From the NCBI GenBank assembly GCA_963701965.1, contig OY969695.1, positions 32,001 to 96,000 of the forward strand: a stretch of DNA of 64,000 nucleotides, written 5' to 3'. Source of the stretch: an uncultured Gemmatimonadales bacterium (GTDB taxonomy: Bacteria > Gemmatimonadota > Gemmatimonadetes > Gemmatimonadales > Gemmatimonadaceae). The notes below the pieces were generated by a model, which worked only from the letters and a program-made list of their open reading frames with translations, did no database searches and was not told where the DNA came from. Positions 21,475-32,625 of the stretch are shown piece after piece. How positions within the stretch are numbered: the stretch's first letter is position 1; every line of letters starts with the position of its first letter. A program made the translations under genes and the position numbers.

Positions 21475-22792
21475 ATGGACGTTGCCATCCTCCTTGCCCT
21501 CGTCTTTCTCAACGCGCTGTTCGCCATGTCGGAGACGGCGCTGACCGCGAGCCGCAAGGCGAGGCTGCAAGTGATGGTCGAAGCGGGCGACTCCGGGGCC
21601 AGCCACGCGATGGCCTTGCACGACAACCCGACCAAGTGGCTGTCGGTGGTGCAGATCGGCATCACCTCGATCACGCTGTTGAACGGCATCGTCGGCGAGG
21701 CCGCTTTCTCGACGCCGCTGGCGGCCTGGCTGCGCGAGCATTTCCCGGTCAGCGTGCGGACCGCGGAGATTTCGGCGCTCGCGCTGGTCGTCTTGATCAT
21801 CACCTTCGTCAGCATCGTCTTCGGCGAACTGGTGCCGAAGCGGATCGGCCTGATGTACCCGGAGACGATCGCCCGCCTCGTCGCCCGGCCGATGGAGTGG
21901 CTGTCGGCCGCGACCCGGCCGTTCATCAAGCTGCTCACCCTGAGCACCGACACGGTCTTGCGCCTGATGGGACTGCGTCGGCCGCCCGACCGCAGCGTCA
22001 CCGAGGAGGAGATCGCCGCCAGCCTCGAGGAAGGCCTCGACGCCGGCGTGATCGAGGCCCAGGAGCACCAGATGGTGCGCAACGTCTTTCGCCTCGACGA
22101 CCGCCAGGTCGGCTCGATGATGATTCCGCGCGCCGAGATCGTCTGGCTCGACGCCACAGCGACAGCCGACGACGTGCTGCATGCGATCGGCGACGCCGAG
22201 CATTCGCGCTATCCGGTCTGCCGCGGCGGCCTCGACGACGTGCTCGGCGTCATCAGCGCGCAAAGACTGCTGCAGCAGGCGATCGAGGGCAAGGCGTTCG
22301 CGGTCGACCAGCGGCCTCGAGCCGCCGGTGTTCGTTCCCGAGACGCTTTCGGGCATGGAGCTGCTCGAGCACTTCCGCGCCTCGAGCGCGCAGATCGTCT
22401 TCGTCGTCGACGAATACGGCGAGGTGCAGGGGATGATCACCGTGCGCGACGTGCTCGAGGCGATCACCGGCGAGTTCAGCACCGAGACCGACGCCGATTC
22501 GTGGGCGGTGCAGCGCGGCGACGGCAGCTGGCTGTTCGACGGCCTGATCCCGACGCCGGAGCTGAAGGACCGCCTCGGCCTGAAGGAGCTGCCGGAGGAA
22601 GACCGCGGCCGCTACAACACACTCGCCGGGATGATCATGCTGCTCCTCGGCCGGCTGCCCGAGACCGCCGACTCGGTCGACTGGGAAGGCTGGCGCTTCG
22701 AGGTCATCGACCTCGACGGCAAGCGCGTCGACAAGGTCCTGGCGAGCGCGCTCGCGCCCGAGACCGTGGCGCACGACGCGGCCGACACGTGA
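21475..22792 (+). CDS. HlyC/CorC (CNNM-CBS-CorC) family transporter, frameshift near 22310
   Basis: NALFAMSETAL, VQIGIT, FGELVPK, VVDEYG, YNTLAG. Confidence 0.92.
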
Positions 22793-22805
22793 GGGCGACG
22801 TCGCG

Positions 22806-24176
22806 ATGAGCGCCTCGATCTTCGCCCGTACGCTGGCGAGCGCGGCGATGGCCGATGTCTTCGCCGACGGCGCCGTGGTCGAGGCGATGCTCGCGTTCGA
22901 GGCGGCGCTGGCCGAGGCCGAGGCGGCCGAAGGCGTGATCCCAGCGAGTGCGGCCGCGCCGATCGGCGCCGCCTGCCGCGGTTCGTTCGACGTCGAGGCG
23001 CTGGTCGCCGACGCGCGCCGTGCCGGCAGCCTGGCGATCCCGCTGGTCAAGCGGCCTGACCGCGCGCGTTGCCGAGCGCGACCCGAGCGCGGCCGGATTC
23101 GTCCATTGGGGCAGCACCAGCCAGGACGTGATCGACAGCGCGATGGTGCTGGTGACGCGACGCGCGCTGGCGCTGGTCGACGCCGATCTCGCGCGCCTGA
23201 CCGGGTCGCTGCTCGCGCTCGCCCGCGCGCACGCGACCACGCCGATGCTCGCGCGCACGCTGCTCCAGCCGGCGCAGGTGATCAGCTTCGGCTTCAAGCT
23301 CGTCGCCTGGGTCGCGCCGCTGGTGCGGGCGCGCGAGCGCCTGGCGCGCGCACGCGCGGGCGGCGCTGCAGCTCCAGTTCGGCGGCGCGGTCGGCACGCT
23401 CGCCTCGCTCGGCGCCAAGGGCCCGGCGGTCGCGCGGCGCCTGGCCGAGCGGCTCGCGCTGCCGCCGCCCGAAGGCGCGTGGCACGTCCAGCGCGACGCC
23501 TGGATCGCGCTCGGCTGCGAGCTCGCGCTGCTGTGCGGCTCGCTCGGCAAGATCGGCCGCGATCTGGCGCTGCTCGCGCAGGGCGAGGTCGGCGAGGTCG
23601 CCGAGCCCGCAGGCGGCCGGCCGCGGCGGCTCGTCGGCGATGCCGAACAAGCGCAATCCGGTCGCGGCGATGACCGCGATCGCCGCGGCGACGCGCGCGC
23701 CGCACCACGCCGCCGCCTTGCTGGCGGCGATGGCGACACGAGCACGAGCGCGGCCTCGGCGGCTGGCAGGCCGAGCTCGCCGAGTGGCCGGCGCTGTTCC
23801 TCGCCACGCACGGCAGCCTGGTCGCGCTGGCCGATGCGAGCGCGGGGCTGGTCGTCGATCCGGCGCGAATGCGCGCCAACATCGAGCGTCAGCGCGGCAC
23901 CGTGTTCGCCGAAGCCGCCGCGGCGCGTGCTCGCGCCGACCCTCGGCAAGGCCGAGGCACAGGCGCTGCTGGCCCGGCTCTCGGCGCGCGCGATCGCCGA
24001 CGACATCGACCTGCGCACGCTGCTGCGTCGCCGATCCGGCGCTGCGCCGCGATCGACGCCGGCGCGATCGATGCGGTGTTCGACATCGACGCCGCTGCTC
24101 GCGCGGCCGGCGTCGTCGCTACGGCGCAGCTCGACCGTCTCGCCCGACGAGCCGCCGCTACGGAGACCCCCGATGA
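22806..24176 (+). CDS. pcaB: 3-carboxy-cis,cis-muconate cycloisomerase, several frameshifts
   Basis: VHWGSTSQD, ARTLLQ, SSAMPNKRNP. Confidence 0.9.
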   Translation: MSASIFARTLASAAMADVFADGAVVEAMLAFEAALAEAEAAEGVIPASAAAPIGAACRGSFDVEALVADARRAGSLAIPLVKRPDRARCRARPERGRIRPLGQHQPGRDRQRDGAGDATRAGAGRRRSRAPDRVAARARPRARDHADARAHAAPAGAGDQLRLQARRLGRAAGAGARAPGARTRGRRCSSSSAARSARSPRSAPRARRSRGAWPSGSRCRRPKARGTSSATPGSRSAASSRCCAARSARSAAIWRCSRRARSARSPSPQAAGRGGSSAMPNKRNPVAAMTAIAAATRAPHHAAALLAAMATRARARPRRLAGRARRVAGAVPRHARQPGRAGRCERGAGRRSGANARQHRASARHRVRRSRRGACSRRPSARPRHRRCWPGSRRARSPTTSTCARCCVADPALRRDRRRRDRCGVRHRRRCSRGRRRRYGAARPSRPTSRRYGDPR

Positions 24177-25405
24177 GCACTGACCACGACCTTCCCGACG
24201 AGCGCGCCGACGACTTCAGCCGCGGCCTCGCCAATCGCCGCGCCGTCCTCGGCGATGCCTGGGTCGACAAGTCGCTCGGCGGCGCGACCGATTTCAACGC
24301 CGAGTTCCAGAGCCTGATCACGCGCTACGCCTGGCACGACATCTGGGGCCGGCCCGGCCTCGACCACGAGACGCGGCGCCTGCTCGTGCTCGGCATGACG
24401 ATGGCGCTGGCGCGCTGGGAGGAGTTCGAGCTCCATTGCCGCGCCGCCGTGCGCGGCGGCGTGCCGATCGCGAAGATCAAGGAAACGCTGATGCAGGGAG
24501 CGATCTATTGCGGCGTTCCGGCCGCCAACACCGCGTTCAAGATCGCCGGCGAGATCCTGCACGCCGAAGGCCGCGCGCCCGCGCCGAGCTCGCTCGCCGC
24601 CGCGGTGCGCGTGGCGACGCACCACACGTTCAGCGCGCCGCAGCTGAAGGTCGCGTTGCAGGGCGAGGGCCCGCCGGTGATGCTGAGCCACGCGCTCGGC
24701 CTCGACCTGCACATGTGGGACGACTTCGCCGCCCGCCTGGCGGGCGCTCGCACCGTGCTGCGCTACGACCAGCGCGGCCACGGCGGCTCGGCGCGGCCGC
24801 CGGGCCCGTATGCGCTGGACGACCTCGTCGACGACGCGGCACGCCTGATCCGCGAGTGGGGCCGCGGCCCGGTCGTCTTCATCGGCCTGTCGATGGGCGG
24901 CATGGTGGGGCAAGGGCTTGCGGTGCGCCATCCGGAGCTGCTGCGCGGCGTCGTCCTCGCCAACACGACAGCGCGCTATCCCGAAGCGGCGCGCCCGGTC
25001 TGGGCGACGCGGATCGCGGCGGTCGAGCAGGGCGGCATGGCGGCGGTGGCCGATGCCGTCGTCGAGCGCTACCTGCACGCCGACTATCGCGCGACGCATC
25101 CGGCCGAGGCGGCAGCGCTGCGCGCCAAGCTGCTGCGCGCCGATCCGGCCGGCTACGTCGCCGCGTGCCACGCGGTCGCCGGCGTCGACTGGCTCGAGCG
25201 GCTCTCGACCGTGCGCACGCCCGCGCTCGTCATCGCCGGCGCGCGCGATGCCGGCGCGACGCCCGAGATGGCGAAGGCGATCGCCGAGCGCATTGCGGGC
25301 GCAGAGCTGGCGGTGCTCGAAGATGCGTCGCATCTCAGCGTCGCCGAGCAGCCGGAGCGCTTTGCCGCGCTGGTGCAGCGCTTCCTGGCGAAGCTGCCGG
25401 CCTGA
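24173..25405 (+). CDS. pcaCD: fused 4-carboxymuconolactone decarboxylase (N-terminal) and 3-oxoadipate enol-lactonase (C-terminal)
   Basis: ITRYAWHDIWGRPGL, IYCGVPAAN, then YDQRGHG and GLSMGG in one ORF. Confidence 0.9.
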   Translation: MSTDHDLPDERADDFSRGLANRRAVLGDAWVDKSLGGATDFNAEFQSLITRYAWHDIWGRPGLDHETRRLLVLGMTMALARWEEFELHCRAAVRGGVPIAKIKETLMQGAIYCGVPAANTAFKIAGEILHAEGRAPAPSSLAAAVRVATHHTFSAPQLKVALQGEGPPVMLSHALGLDLHMWDDFAARLAGARTVLRYDQRGHGGSARPPGPYALDDLVDDAARLIREWGRGPVVFIGLSMGGMVGQGLAVRHPELLRGVVLANTTARYPEAARPVWATRIAAVEQGGMAAVADAVVERYLHADYRATHPAEAAALRAKLLRADPAGYVAACHAVAGVDWLERLSTVRTPALVIAGARDAGATPEMAKAIAERIAGAELAVLEDASHLSVAEQPERFAALVQRFLAKLPA

Positions 25406-25453
25406 GCGGTAGCGACCGTGCCGGCCGACCCAAAGACGACGAAGACGAGACCC

Positions 25454-27800
25454 ATGAACGCAGACGACACTCCCTCCCGATTCGGCAGCGGCCGCGCCAT
25501 CCCTCGCGTCGAAGACGGCGAGCTGCTCGTCGGTCGCGGTCGCTTCGTCGACAACATCGCCGGCGCCGGCGCGGCGACGATCGCCTTCCAGCGCTCGCCG
25601 CACGCGCACGCGCGCATCGTCGCGATCGACGCCGACGCAGCGCGCGCGATTGCCCGGCGTGCTCGCGGTCTACACCGGCGCCGAGCTGGCCGCGGCCGGC
25701 ATCCAGCCGATGGCGACGACGCCCGACTTCAGGCGCGCCGACGGCCGCCGCACCGTCACCCCGCCGCGGCGCGCCCTCGCGCACGAGTTCGCGCGCTATG
25801 TGGGCGAGGCGGTCGTCGCCGTCGTCGCCGAATCGCGCGAGGCGGCGCGCGACGCGATCGACAGCGTCGTCGTCGAGTACGAGGAGCTGCCGGCGGTCGC
25901 CGACGTCGTCGCCGCGACGGCGCCAGGCGCGCCCGCGGTCACGCCCGACGCGGCCGACAACATCGCCGCCGAGATGAGCCACGGCGATGCCGAGAAGGCC
26001 GCGGCGTTGTTCGCGTCCGCCGCGGTCCGCATCGAGCTCGACCTCGTCAACCAGCGCGTCTCGCCGGTGGCGATGGAGCCGCGCAGCATCGTCGCCCGGT
26101 TCGACGCGGCGAGCGGGCGGCTGACGGTGCGGATCAGCAACCAGATGCCGACGGCGGTCGCGGCCGGCCTCGCCGGCGCGCTGCCCGGTATCAAGCAGGA
26201 GCAGATCCACGTCCTCGTCGGCGACGTCGGCGGCGGCTTCGGCATGAAGACCGGCATGTACCCGGAGGACATCGTCGTCGCCCACGCGGCGCGCGCGCTC
26301 GGCCGGCCGGTCGCGCTGGCAGGCCGATCGCAGCGAGGAGTTCCTCTCCGGATCGGCCGGCCGCGACGTCCGCAGCCGCGCCGAGCTCGCGCTCGACGCC
26401 GACGGCAAGGCGCTGGCGCTGCGCGTGCGCTCGCTCGCCAACGTCGGCGCCTACGCGACGCCGGCGGGCGTCGCGATCCAGCTGCTGATCGGCCCGTGGG
26501 TCTCGACCAGCATCTACGACATCGCTGCCGTCGACCTGCACTACAAGGCGGTGCTGACCAACACGACGCCGACCGGCGCCTACCGCGGCGCCGGGCGGCC
26601 CGAGGCGATCTACATCATCGAGCGGCTGTTCGATGCCGCCGCGCGCGAGATGAAGCTCGATCCCGCCGAGCTGCGCCGCCGCAACATGATCCTGCCCGGG
26701 CAGATGCCGTACAAGAACCTGCTCGGCCAGACCTACGACAGCGGCATGTTCGAGAAGATCCTCGACCAGGGCCTGGCGCTCGCCGACTGGAACGGCTTCG
26801 CCGCGCGCCGCGCCGAGTCGAAGGCGCGCGGCCTGCTGCGCGGCCGCGGCATCGCCTCGTTTCTCGAATGGACCGGCGGCAACGCCCTCGAGGAGAAGGT
26901 CAGCGTCGACGTCACGCCCGACGGCATCATCGAGATCTTCTCGGCGACGCAGGCGATGGGCCAGGGGATCGCGACGAGCTACGCGCAGCTCGCGGTCGAC
27001 GTCTTCGGCGTGCCGATCGAGAAGATCCGAATCGTCCAGGGCGACACCGATCGCGGCAACGGCTTCGGCAGCGCCGGCTCGCGCTCGCTCTTCACCGGCG
27101 GCTCGGCGGTTCGGGTCGCCTCCGAGCGCACGATCGACCATGCGAAGGCGCTCGCCGGCGAGGCGCTCGAGGCCGCCGCCGGCGACATCGAGTACCGCGC
27201 CGGGCGCTTGACCGTCGTCGGCACCGATCTCGGCATCGATCTGTTCGCGCTCGCCGGCAAGCAGCCGGGGCAGCGGATCCACCTCGAGGCGTCGGCCGTC
27301 GCCGGCGGGCCGACCTGGCCGAACGCGTGCCACGTCTGCGAGGTCGAGGTCGATCCGGAGACGGGCGACGTTCGGGTCGTCGCCTATTCGTCAGTGAACG
27401 ACATCGGCCGCGTCGTCAGCCCGACGATCGCGCGCGGCCAGGTCGACGGCGGCGCGGTCCAGGGCCTCGGCCAGGCGCTCTGCGAGCGGGTCGTCTACGA
27501 CGAAGGCAGCAGCCAGCTCGTCACCGGCAGCTTCATGGACTACGCCGTGCCGCGCGCCGACATCGGCGTCGCCTTCCGAACCGAGTTCGACACCTCCGAT
27601 TCCGTGCCTGCTCAATCCGCTCGGCGTCAAGGGCGTCGGCGAGCTCGGCACGATCGGCGCGACGCCGGCGGTGATGAACGCGATCGTCGACGCGCTCGAC
27701 CACGCCGGCCTCGGCCGCGCCGCCGAGAAGATCCAGATGCCGGCCACGCCGGAACGCGTCTGGCAGGCGCTGCGCGGCATCGGCGCGGTACGCTTCGTAG
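25454..27800 (+). CDS. xanthine dehydrogenase family molybdopterin-binding subunit (form II CoxL-like), frameshifts, end approximate
   Basis: [35 protein letters not shown]. Confidence 0.88.
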
Positions 27801-27809
27801 CCGCGTTCT

Positions 27810-28652
27810 TCAGCCCGGATCGGGAACGAACGACGGGAACGCGTCGGGCTGGCGCGGCATCGGCCGCGGGCGCGGAATGACGCCGCTCGCCAGCAGGTTG
27901 GCGTAGCTGTCGTAGCGAAGCTGGACGATCTCGGACGGCGACGAGCTCGCGCGCTCGAACGCGGTCTGGCTGGTCGGCGAATATTCGCGCTCGCCGTGGC
28001 CGGTGCCGAGCTTCTTCTCGTCCTTCGGCGGCCAACGAGTCGGCGCGGGCACGCGGCCGCCGACTGCGCCGCCGGCGCCGCGGCGTCCACGCTCGCGCCG
28101 TCGCGCTGCCGCTCCGCTTCGAGACGGCCACTGCCGTCAGCTTCCTTGGCGACCGACGGCGCCGGCTCGCGCCAGCGCGATACCGGCTCGGGAACGCGCT
28201 CGCGAAAGACCGCCGCGCCGATCACGCCGACGTTGTCGGGCCGATTGGTGCGCGCTGCGTACGAGTCGGGCAATGCCGTGAAGTAGAACGCGGCCGCTTC
28301 CGAGTAGCTCTTGCGCCAGCCGGTGATCTCGGCCGACTGGTAGGGCGCGAGGACGTAGCCGGTCTGGCCGACCGCGGCGGTCTCGCCGCTCACCGCATTG
28401 ACGCCGTCGACCGAGAGGACGACCAGGACGCGGCCCGACGAGCGATTGGTCAGGCGCACGGCATAGCGGTCGCCCGGGCCGGCCGGCGACGTAGCTCGCG
28501 CCGCGGTAGGGCCACGACGGCAGTTGCTCGCCGCGACTGCGGTCGACGATCTGCACGTCGACGAGCGAGCCGACGGCGAAGGCCGGCGGCGAGCCGCAGG
28601 CGCTCAGCGCGGCGGTGGCGATTGCGGTGAGAAGGAGGCGGCGGGTCGGCAT
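27810..28652 (-). CDS. conserved hypothetical exported protein or lipoprotein, frameshifts
   Basis: Signal with [41 protein letters not shown]. Confidence 0.7.
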
Positions 28653-28720
28653 GACGGTTCTCCGAACAGGTGGTGGGACCTGTCGTTGAACGGCCGGGCC
28701 GCGCAAACGGGGTGATCGGC

Positions 28721-29439
28721 TCAGGGCGCTGTCTTCGGCACGCGCCGAGCGCTCCTCGTGCGAGCCGTCGGCGCCGAGGCCAGAAGCAGCACTTCGTCCA
28801 CGCCAGGCTGATCAGCTCGCCGAGCACGGTCTTGGCTCCCTCGCTCGTTCGCCACCAGCGGTCGATGTCATAGCGGCGCGGCGCCGTCGCGATCACGCCG
28901 ACCTCGACGGCGCTACCGAACGCCATGCGATAGGCCAGGCGCGAGCGGCGCGCGTGGACGCCCGCGGAGAGGAGATCGATCGAGTCGAGCCCCGGCTGCT
29001 CGCGGCGCAGCCACTCGCGAACGACGACGGCACTGAGGAACGTTCGGTCCCGCGCCGACCGCCGGCGCGGGAAGGGCGATGACCGGGATTCCGACCGGCG
29101 CGCGGCGCAGATAGTCCGCCGCGCGCTCGGCGTAGCTCGCCCAGACGACGCCCTCGCGCCAGCTCTCGATCGGCCCGCCGGTGGTGATGACGCGCTGGTA
29201 GCGGCCGCGCGCGCGCGGTCGCGATCGCATCGTCGAGCTCGCGCTCGTCGAGCCAGCCTTCGACGACGAGCGTGCGTGCGCCGTGGCCGTCGCGGCCACC
29301 GGCGGGATCGCTGCTGCGCGAGATAGCCGCCGACAGATCGCGCCGCGACCAGCACTGCGAGAACGGCGACACCGCACAGCAGCAAGGCGCCCCACAGCGT
29401 GGGCAGCCAGACCTGGCGGCGGCGAATGAGCGCGGGCAA
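28721..29439 (-). CDS. YdcF/DUF218-like protein, frameshifts
   Basis: LVVEGW, VITTGGP, DRTFLSA, HARRSRL. Confidence 0.7.
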
Positions 29440-29655
29440 CTCGATGGCTCGGTGGCGATGGGGCAGTGGATTTTTTCACGACCGGCGCGAGGGCTCGCGC
29501 CGAACCGCGTTGCTGCGGATTTTCACCGTGACGTTCACACGTCCCGCGGCTCGGCCAGGGGCTCGAACCGCGCACGCGCGGTAACCGGTCGTGACAATGA
29601 GCCCGTCCGGCGAAAGCCGCCATGTTGGGCCCGAAGTGGGTCCTGAAGGATCGAA

Positions 29656-30237
29656 ATGTTGAGCCTCCCGTTACTCTTGCGCAGGACCAGCGCCGCGGTC
29701 GTCGTGACCGTCGCCGCCGTCGCGCCCGCAAGCGCCATGACCATCGGCACCGGCTCCTATGCGAACAGCGGCATGGGCGCCGAGTTCGCGACGCCGTATG
29801 ACAACCTCTTCATCGACGGCGCGACGCTCGATGTCGCGCTGAGCGCGGCACCGGTCAACATCTCGCTGGGCAGCTACACCTTCGAGGTCGGCCCGAACTG
29901 CTACAGCTGCACGCTCACGCCGACGTTCGACGCCCTGGTCGACGTCACCGTCGACGGCCTCACGCTTCAGCTGGATCTGCCCTATGCCTGGAGCTCGTCG
30001 GGCCCGAACGACTACCTCACCTTCGCCACGCCCGCGCCGCTGCTGTTCGATTTCGGCGCGATGGGCCAGGTGACGATCGCCGTTGAAAACATCGGCGTCT
30101 TGTCGAGCCCGATCGGCACGGTCCACGGCAACGTCAACGCCATCGCGTCTGTGAGCCCCGTGCCGGAGCCGAGCAGCTACGCGTTCCTGCTCGCCGGCCT
30201 GGGCGTGATCGGCTTCGTCGCGAAGCGGCGCGCCTAG
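29656..30237 (+). CDS. PEP-CTERM protein
   Basis: Signal peptide; C-terminal VPEPSSYAFLLAGLGVIGFVAKRR. Confidence 0.92.
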   Translation: MLSLPLLLRRTSAAVVVTVAAVAPASAMTIGTGSYANSGMGAEFATPYDNLFIDGATLDVALSAAPVNISLGSYTFEVGPNCYSCTLTPTFDALVDVTVDGLTLQLDLPYAWSSSGPNDYLTFATPAPLLFDFGAMGQVTIAVENIGVLSSPIGTVHGNVNAIASVSPVPEPSSYAFLLAGLGVIGFVAKRRA

Positions 30238-30917
30238 GCGCCCTCGGGCAACTCCATCGGGCCACGGTATTCCGCCGGACCGCGCAACGGCGCGTGGCGG
30301 GTCGGACGCCGCCGGGCGTCGGTTTCGAACTCGATCTGCAGGCATGAGCACGGCGAGGCCGCGCCGACGCGAACCGGCCGGTCGAACGCATGCACCTTGC
30401 CGCACGAAACGCAGCGCCAGGTGAAGCTGCGGGTCGCGAACGCGGCCCGCTGCGCCGGAGTCATCACCAGGCCCGGCTCGCCGAAGAGGGTGTCGATCGT
30501 GAACGCCTGGGTCTGGCGCGAGCGCAACTGCGATGAGTCGGGATTGCGCCTGTGCCCAGCCGCGCGCATGCGAAACAACCAGAAAAGACTGGCTCGCGAC
30601 GCTGCGAACATGGCCGTGACGATCGATCCCATCGTTGTCCTCCCGTGGCCCGAACGATAAAGCCAACGTCCGTTTTTGCGCCGCCGCCGGTCTCCCCATC
30701 CCCGCGATCAAGGGGGCGCGCGGGTCCCGCGATGCCGGGCACGTCGCAGCCCGGAGAGGCCTGTCCGGCACCATGCGGCGAGGCCGTCGAGAACGGCTCG
30801 CACCGAGCGGCGACGCCTGCCGCGGCGCGCGGCCGCGTCGTCCGCGGTGTACACGCCGGGGACGGTCTCGGCGAACGCCGCGGGTCGCCAGCCTGTGCCG
30901 TTCATCTCGATCCGGAC

Positions 30918-31130
30918 CTATTCCGTCACTTCGAAAGGCCAAGTCAGCAGGACGGCGTCTGCTGCGGCAATCGGATTCCAGTGCCCGCGCATGACGTGAA
31001 CCGCCCGCGCCAAGTCGAGCAGCTGCGCCTGCGACGCCGGGGCCTCGCGGTAGATCAGATAGGCGTAGAACGAGTACTCCCAAGTGCAACGGTCGGTCGC
31101 CGCCCGGGATTCGCTTTGCTTGTTGGCCAT
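30918..31130 (-). CDS. small hypothetical protein, possibly leaderless
   Basis: MANKQSES...; sigma54 motif ends 11 nt upstream of the ATG. Confidence 0.5.
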   Translation of the reverse strand: MANKQSESRAATDRCTWEYSFYAYLIYREAPASQAQLLDLARAVHVMRGHWNPIAAADAVLLTWPFEVTE

Positions 31131-31535
31131 GGCCGGCCAAGGCAAGGTCCATACCGGCGCCAATGTGACGAATTGCGCACTCGGGTAGGGCCGGACGGTA
31201 AAAGACGGATTGCTTGGCGACGACTTCGCCATGCGTTATGCTGCACCGCAACATCGAGGTTTCTAATGGATCGGCGCGAGGCATACGGCTTGCATTTGAG
31301 ACTCCAGCAGGAGTTGATCCAGGCCTACACGGAACGGACCTGTGCCCCGGGGCACATCGAGCGATTGATGGACGACCTCGCGTCCATTCGCCGATTCGTC
31401 GAGAACGCCCCGCCACTGCGTGACGAGCAGACGAACGATCCCCTGGTTCCGGGGATGCTCGACGAATAGCGGTCGTGCTGAACGCGAGGTTCGCAAGTCG
31501 ATCGGTTACGTGGTCGAAGCTCCGACTCGGCGGTC

Positions 31536-32256
31536 TTGACTGGGCGATCCCGAATGTCGCCGTCAAATGCCATCAATTCCGTGACTGCCGTGAACATGGC
31601 CCGGCTGCCGTCGATCAGCCAAGTGTCGGGCGGGTTCAGGGTGACCTGGGCGCAGTCCTCCGCCGAGGCCAGGACGGTGGTACTGGGCACGGGTGTGAGC
31701 GACATCGAGCCGAACGTGCCTCATCTGGCCGAGGCGTTGCGTGACGGCGCGCTCAGGTACTGCCCCGTATGCGACGCCTTTGAAGTGACGGGGCAAAGAG
31801 TGGGGTGCTGGTCGGCGGCATTGCCGGCATCCACGAAGCGATCTGTCTTCGGCGTTACACCGACCGGGTGACGATGTTCAGGATGGGTCGCGATCCCCTC
31901 CCGCGGATGAGCGGAAGAGTGCGGAGAATGCGGGAGTCGCGCTCGCGCCCGGAACGTTCAAAAGCGTTCGCGTCTGGGACGGTCGCGTCACGGTCGAGCA
32001 TGGCGAGCAGTCGACGGAATGCGACACCCTCTGCTGTGCTTTTGGCTTGCAGGTTCACTCCGGTTTGGCGTCGTCGCTGAGTGCGGCGGTCGACAAGGAC
32101 GGGTATCTTGCCGTTGACCGACATCAGGAGACGACGGTGCCGGGTCTCTATGCGGCGGGCGACGTTGCCTCGGGCCTGAACCAGATCAGCGTCGCGTACG
32201 GTGCTGCCGCGATCGCCGCCGCAGCCATCAACGTCGCTCTGTCCGCCGCACGCTGA
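31536..32256 (+). pseudogene. degraded NAD(P)/FAD-dependent oxidoreductase (thioredoxin reductase-like)
   Basis: VVLGTGVSD, RYCPVCD and GLYAAGDV in different frames; N-terminus missing. Confidence 0.8.
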
Positions 32257-32625
32257 GCAGCCTTAAAGGCTGGGCATGATGAATGCATTGGCGAGCGTGA
32301 TGCAGAACCAAGCTTCTGCGCTGCCGGGCGTCATCACAGAAGGAAGCTTCCTGCGAGGGCGATTGCCGCGGCCAAGAGGAACACGGCGGAGGCGCCGAGA
32401 TGAACGTTCCATCCGCGCTCGCGACGCAGCCCATGCTCTCTGCAAGGGAGTCGTTATTGGATTTCATGGTGGGAGTCGTGGAATCGCGCCGCAGCCCGTC
32501 GGCATTGCGAGCACTTCGGCAACGCTCGTGCCGGCCGATCATCAAGGACGCTCGCGCCGTCATCGCACCGTCATCGCGCCGGCGATGCGCGTGCTGCCAC
32601 TCAGGCGGTCGAGCTCACCTGACGA

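Noticed and set aside
20595..22157. Long antisense or alternative-frame ORFs (also 3764-4918, 29671-31566, 61015-62577)
   Set aside because: Shadows of real genes in high-GC DNA, with Arg/Ala/Pro-rich low-complexity translations
25454..27800. Bona fide aerobic CO dehydrogenase
   Set aside because: Has AYRGAGR, not the form I AYXCSFR motif, and no cox accessory genes
17749..29439. Many frameshifts suggesting mass pseudogenisation or programmed frameshifting
   Set aside because: They hit conserved genes (also pepN) as single-base indels in GC-rich runs while motifs stay intact; most likely long-read consensus errors
31266..31469. Small ORF MDRREAY... containing a sigma54 motif (AGGCATACGGCTTGC, 31279-31293)
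   Set aside because: Cannot tell whether the ORF or the promoter is real, so neither was called
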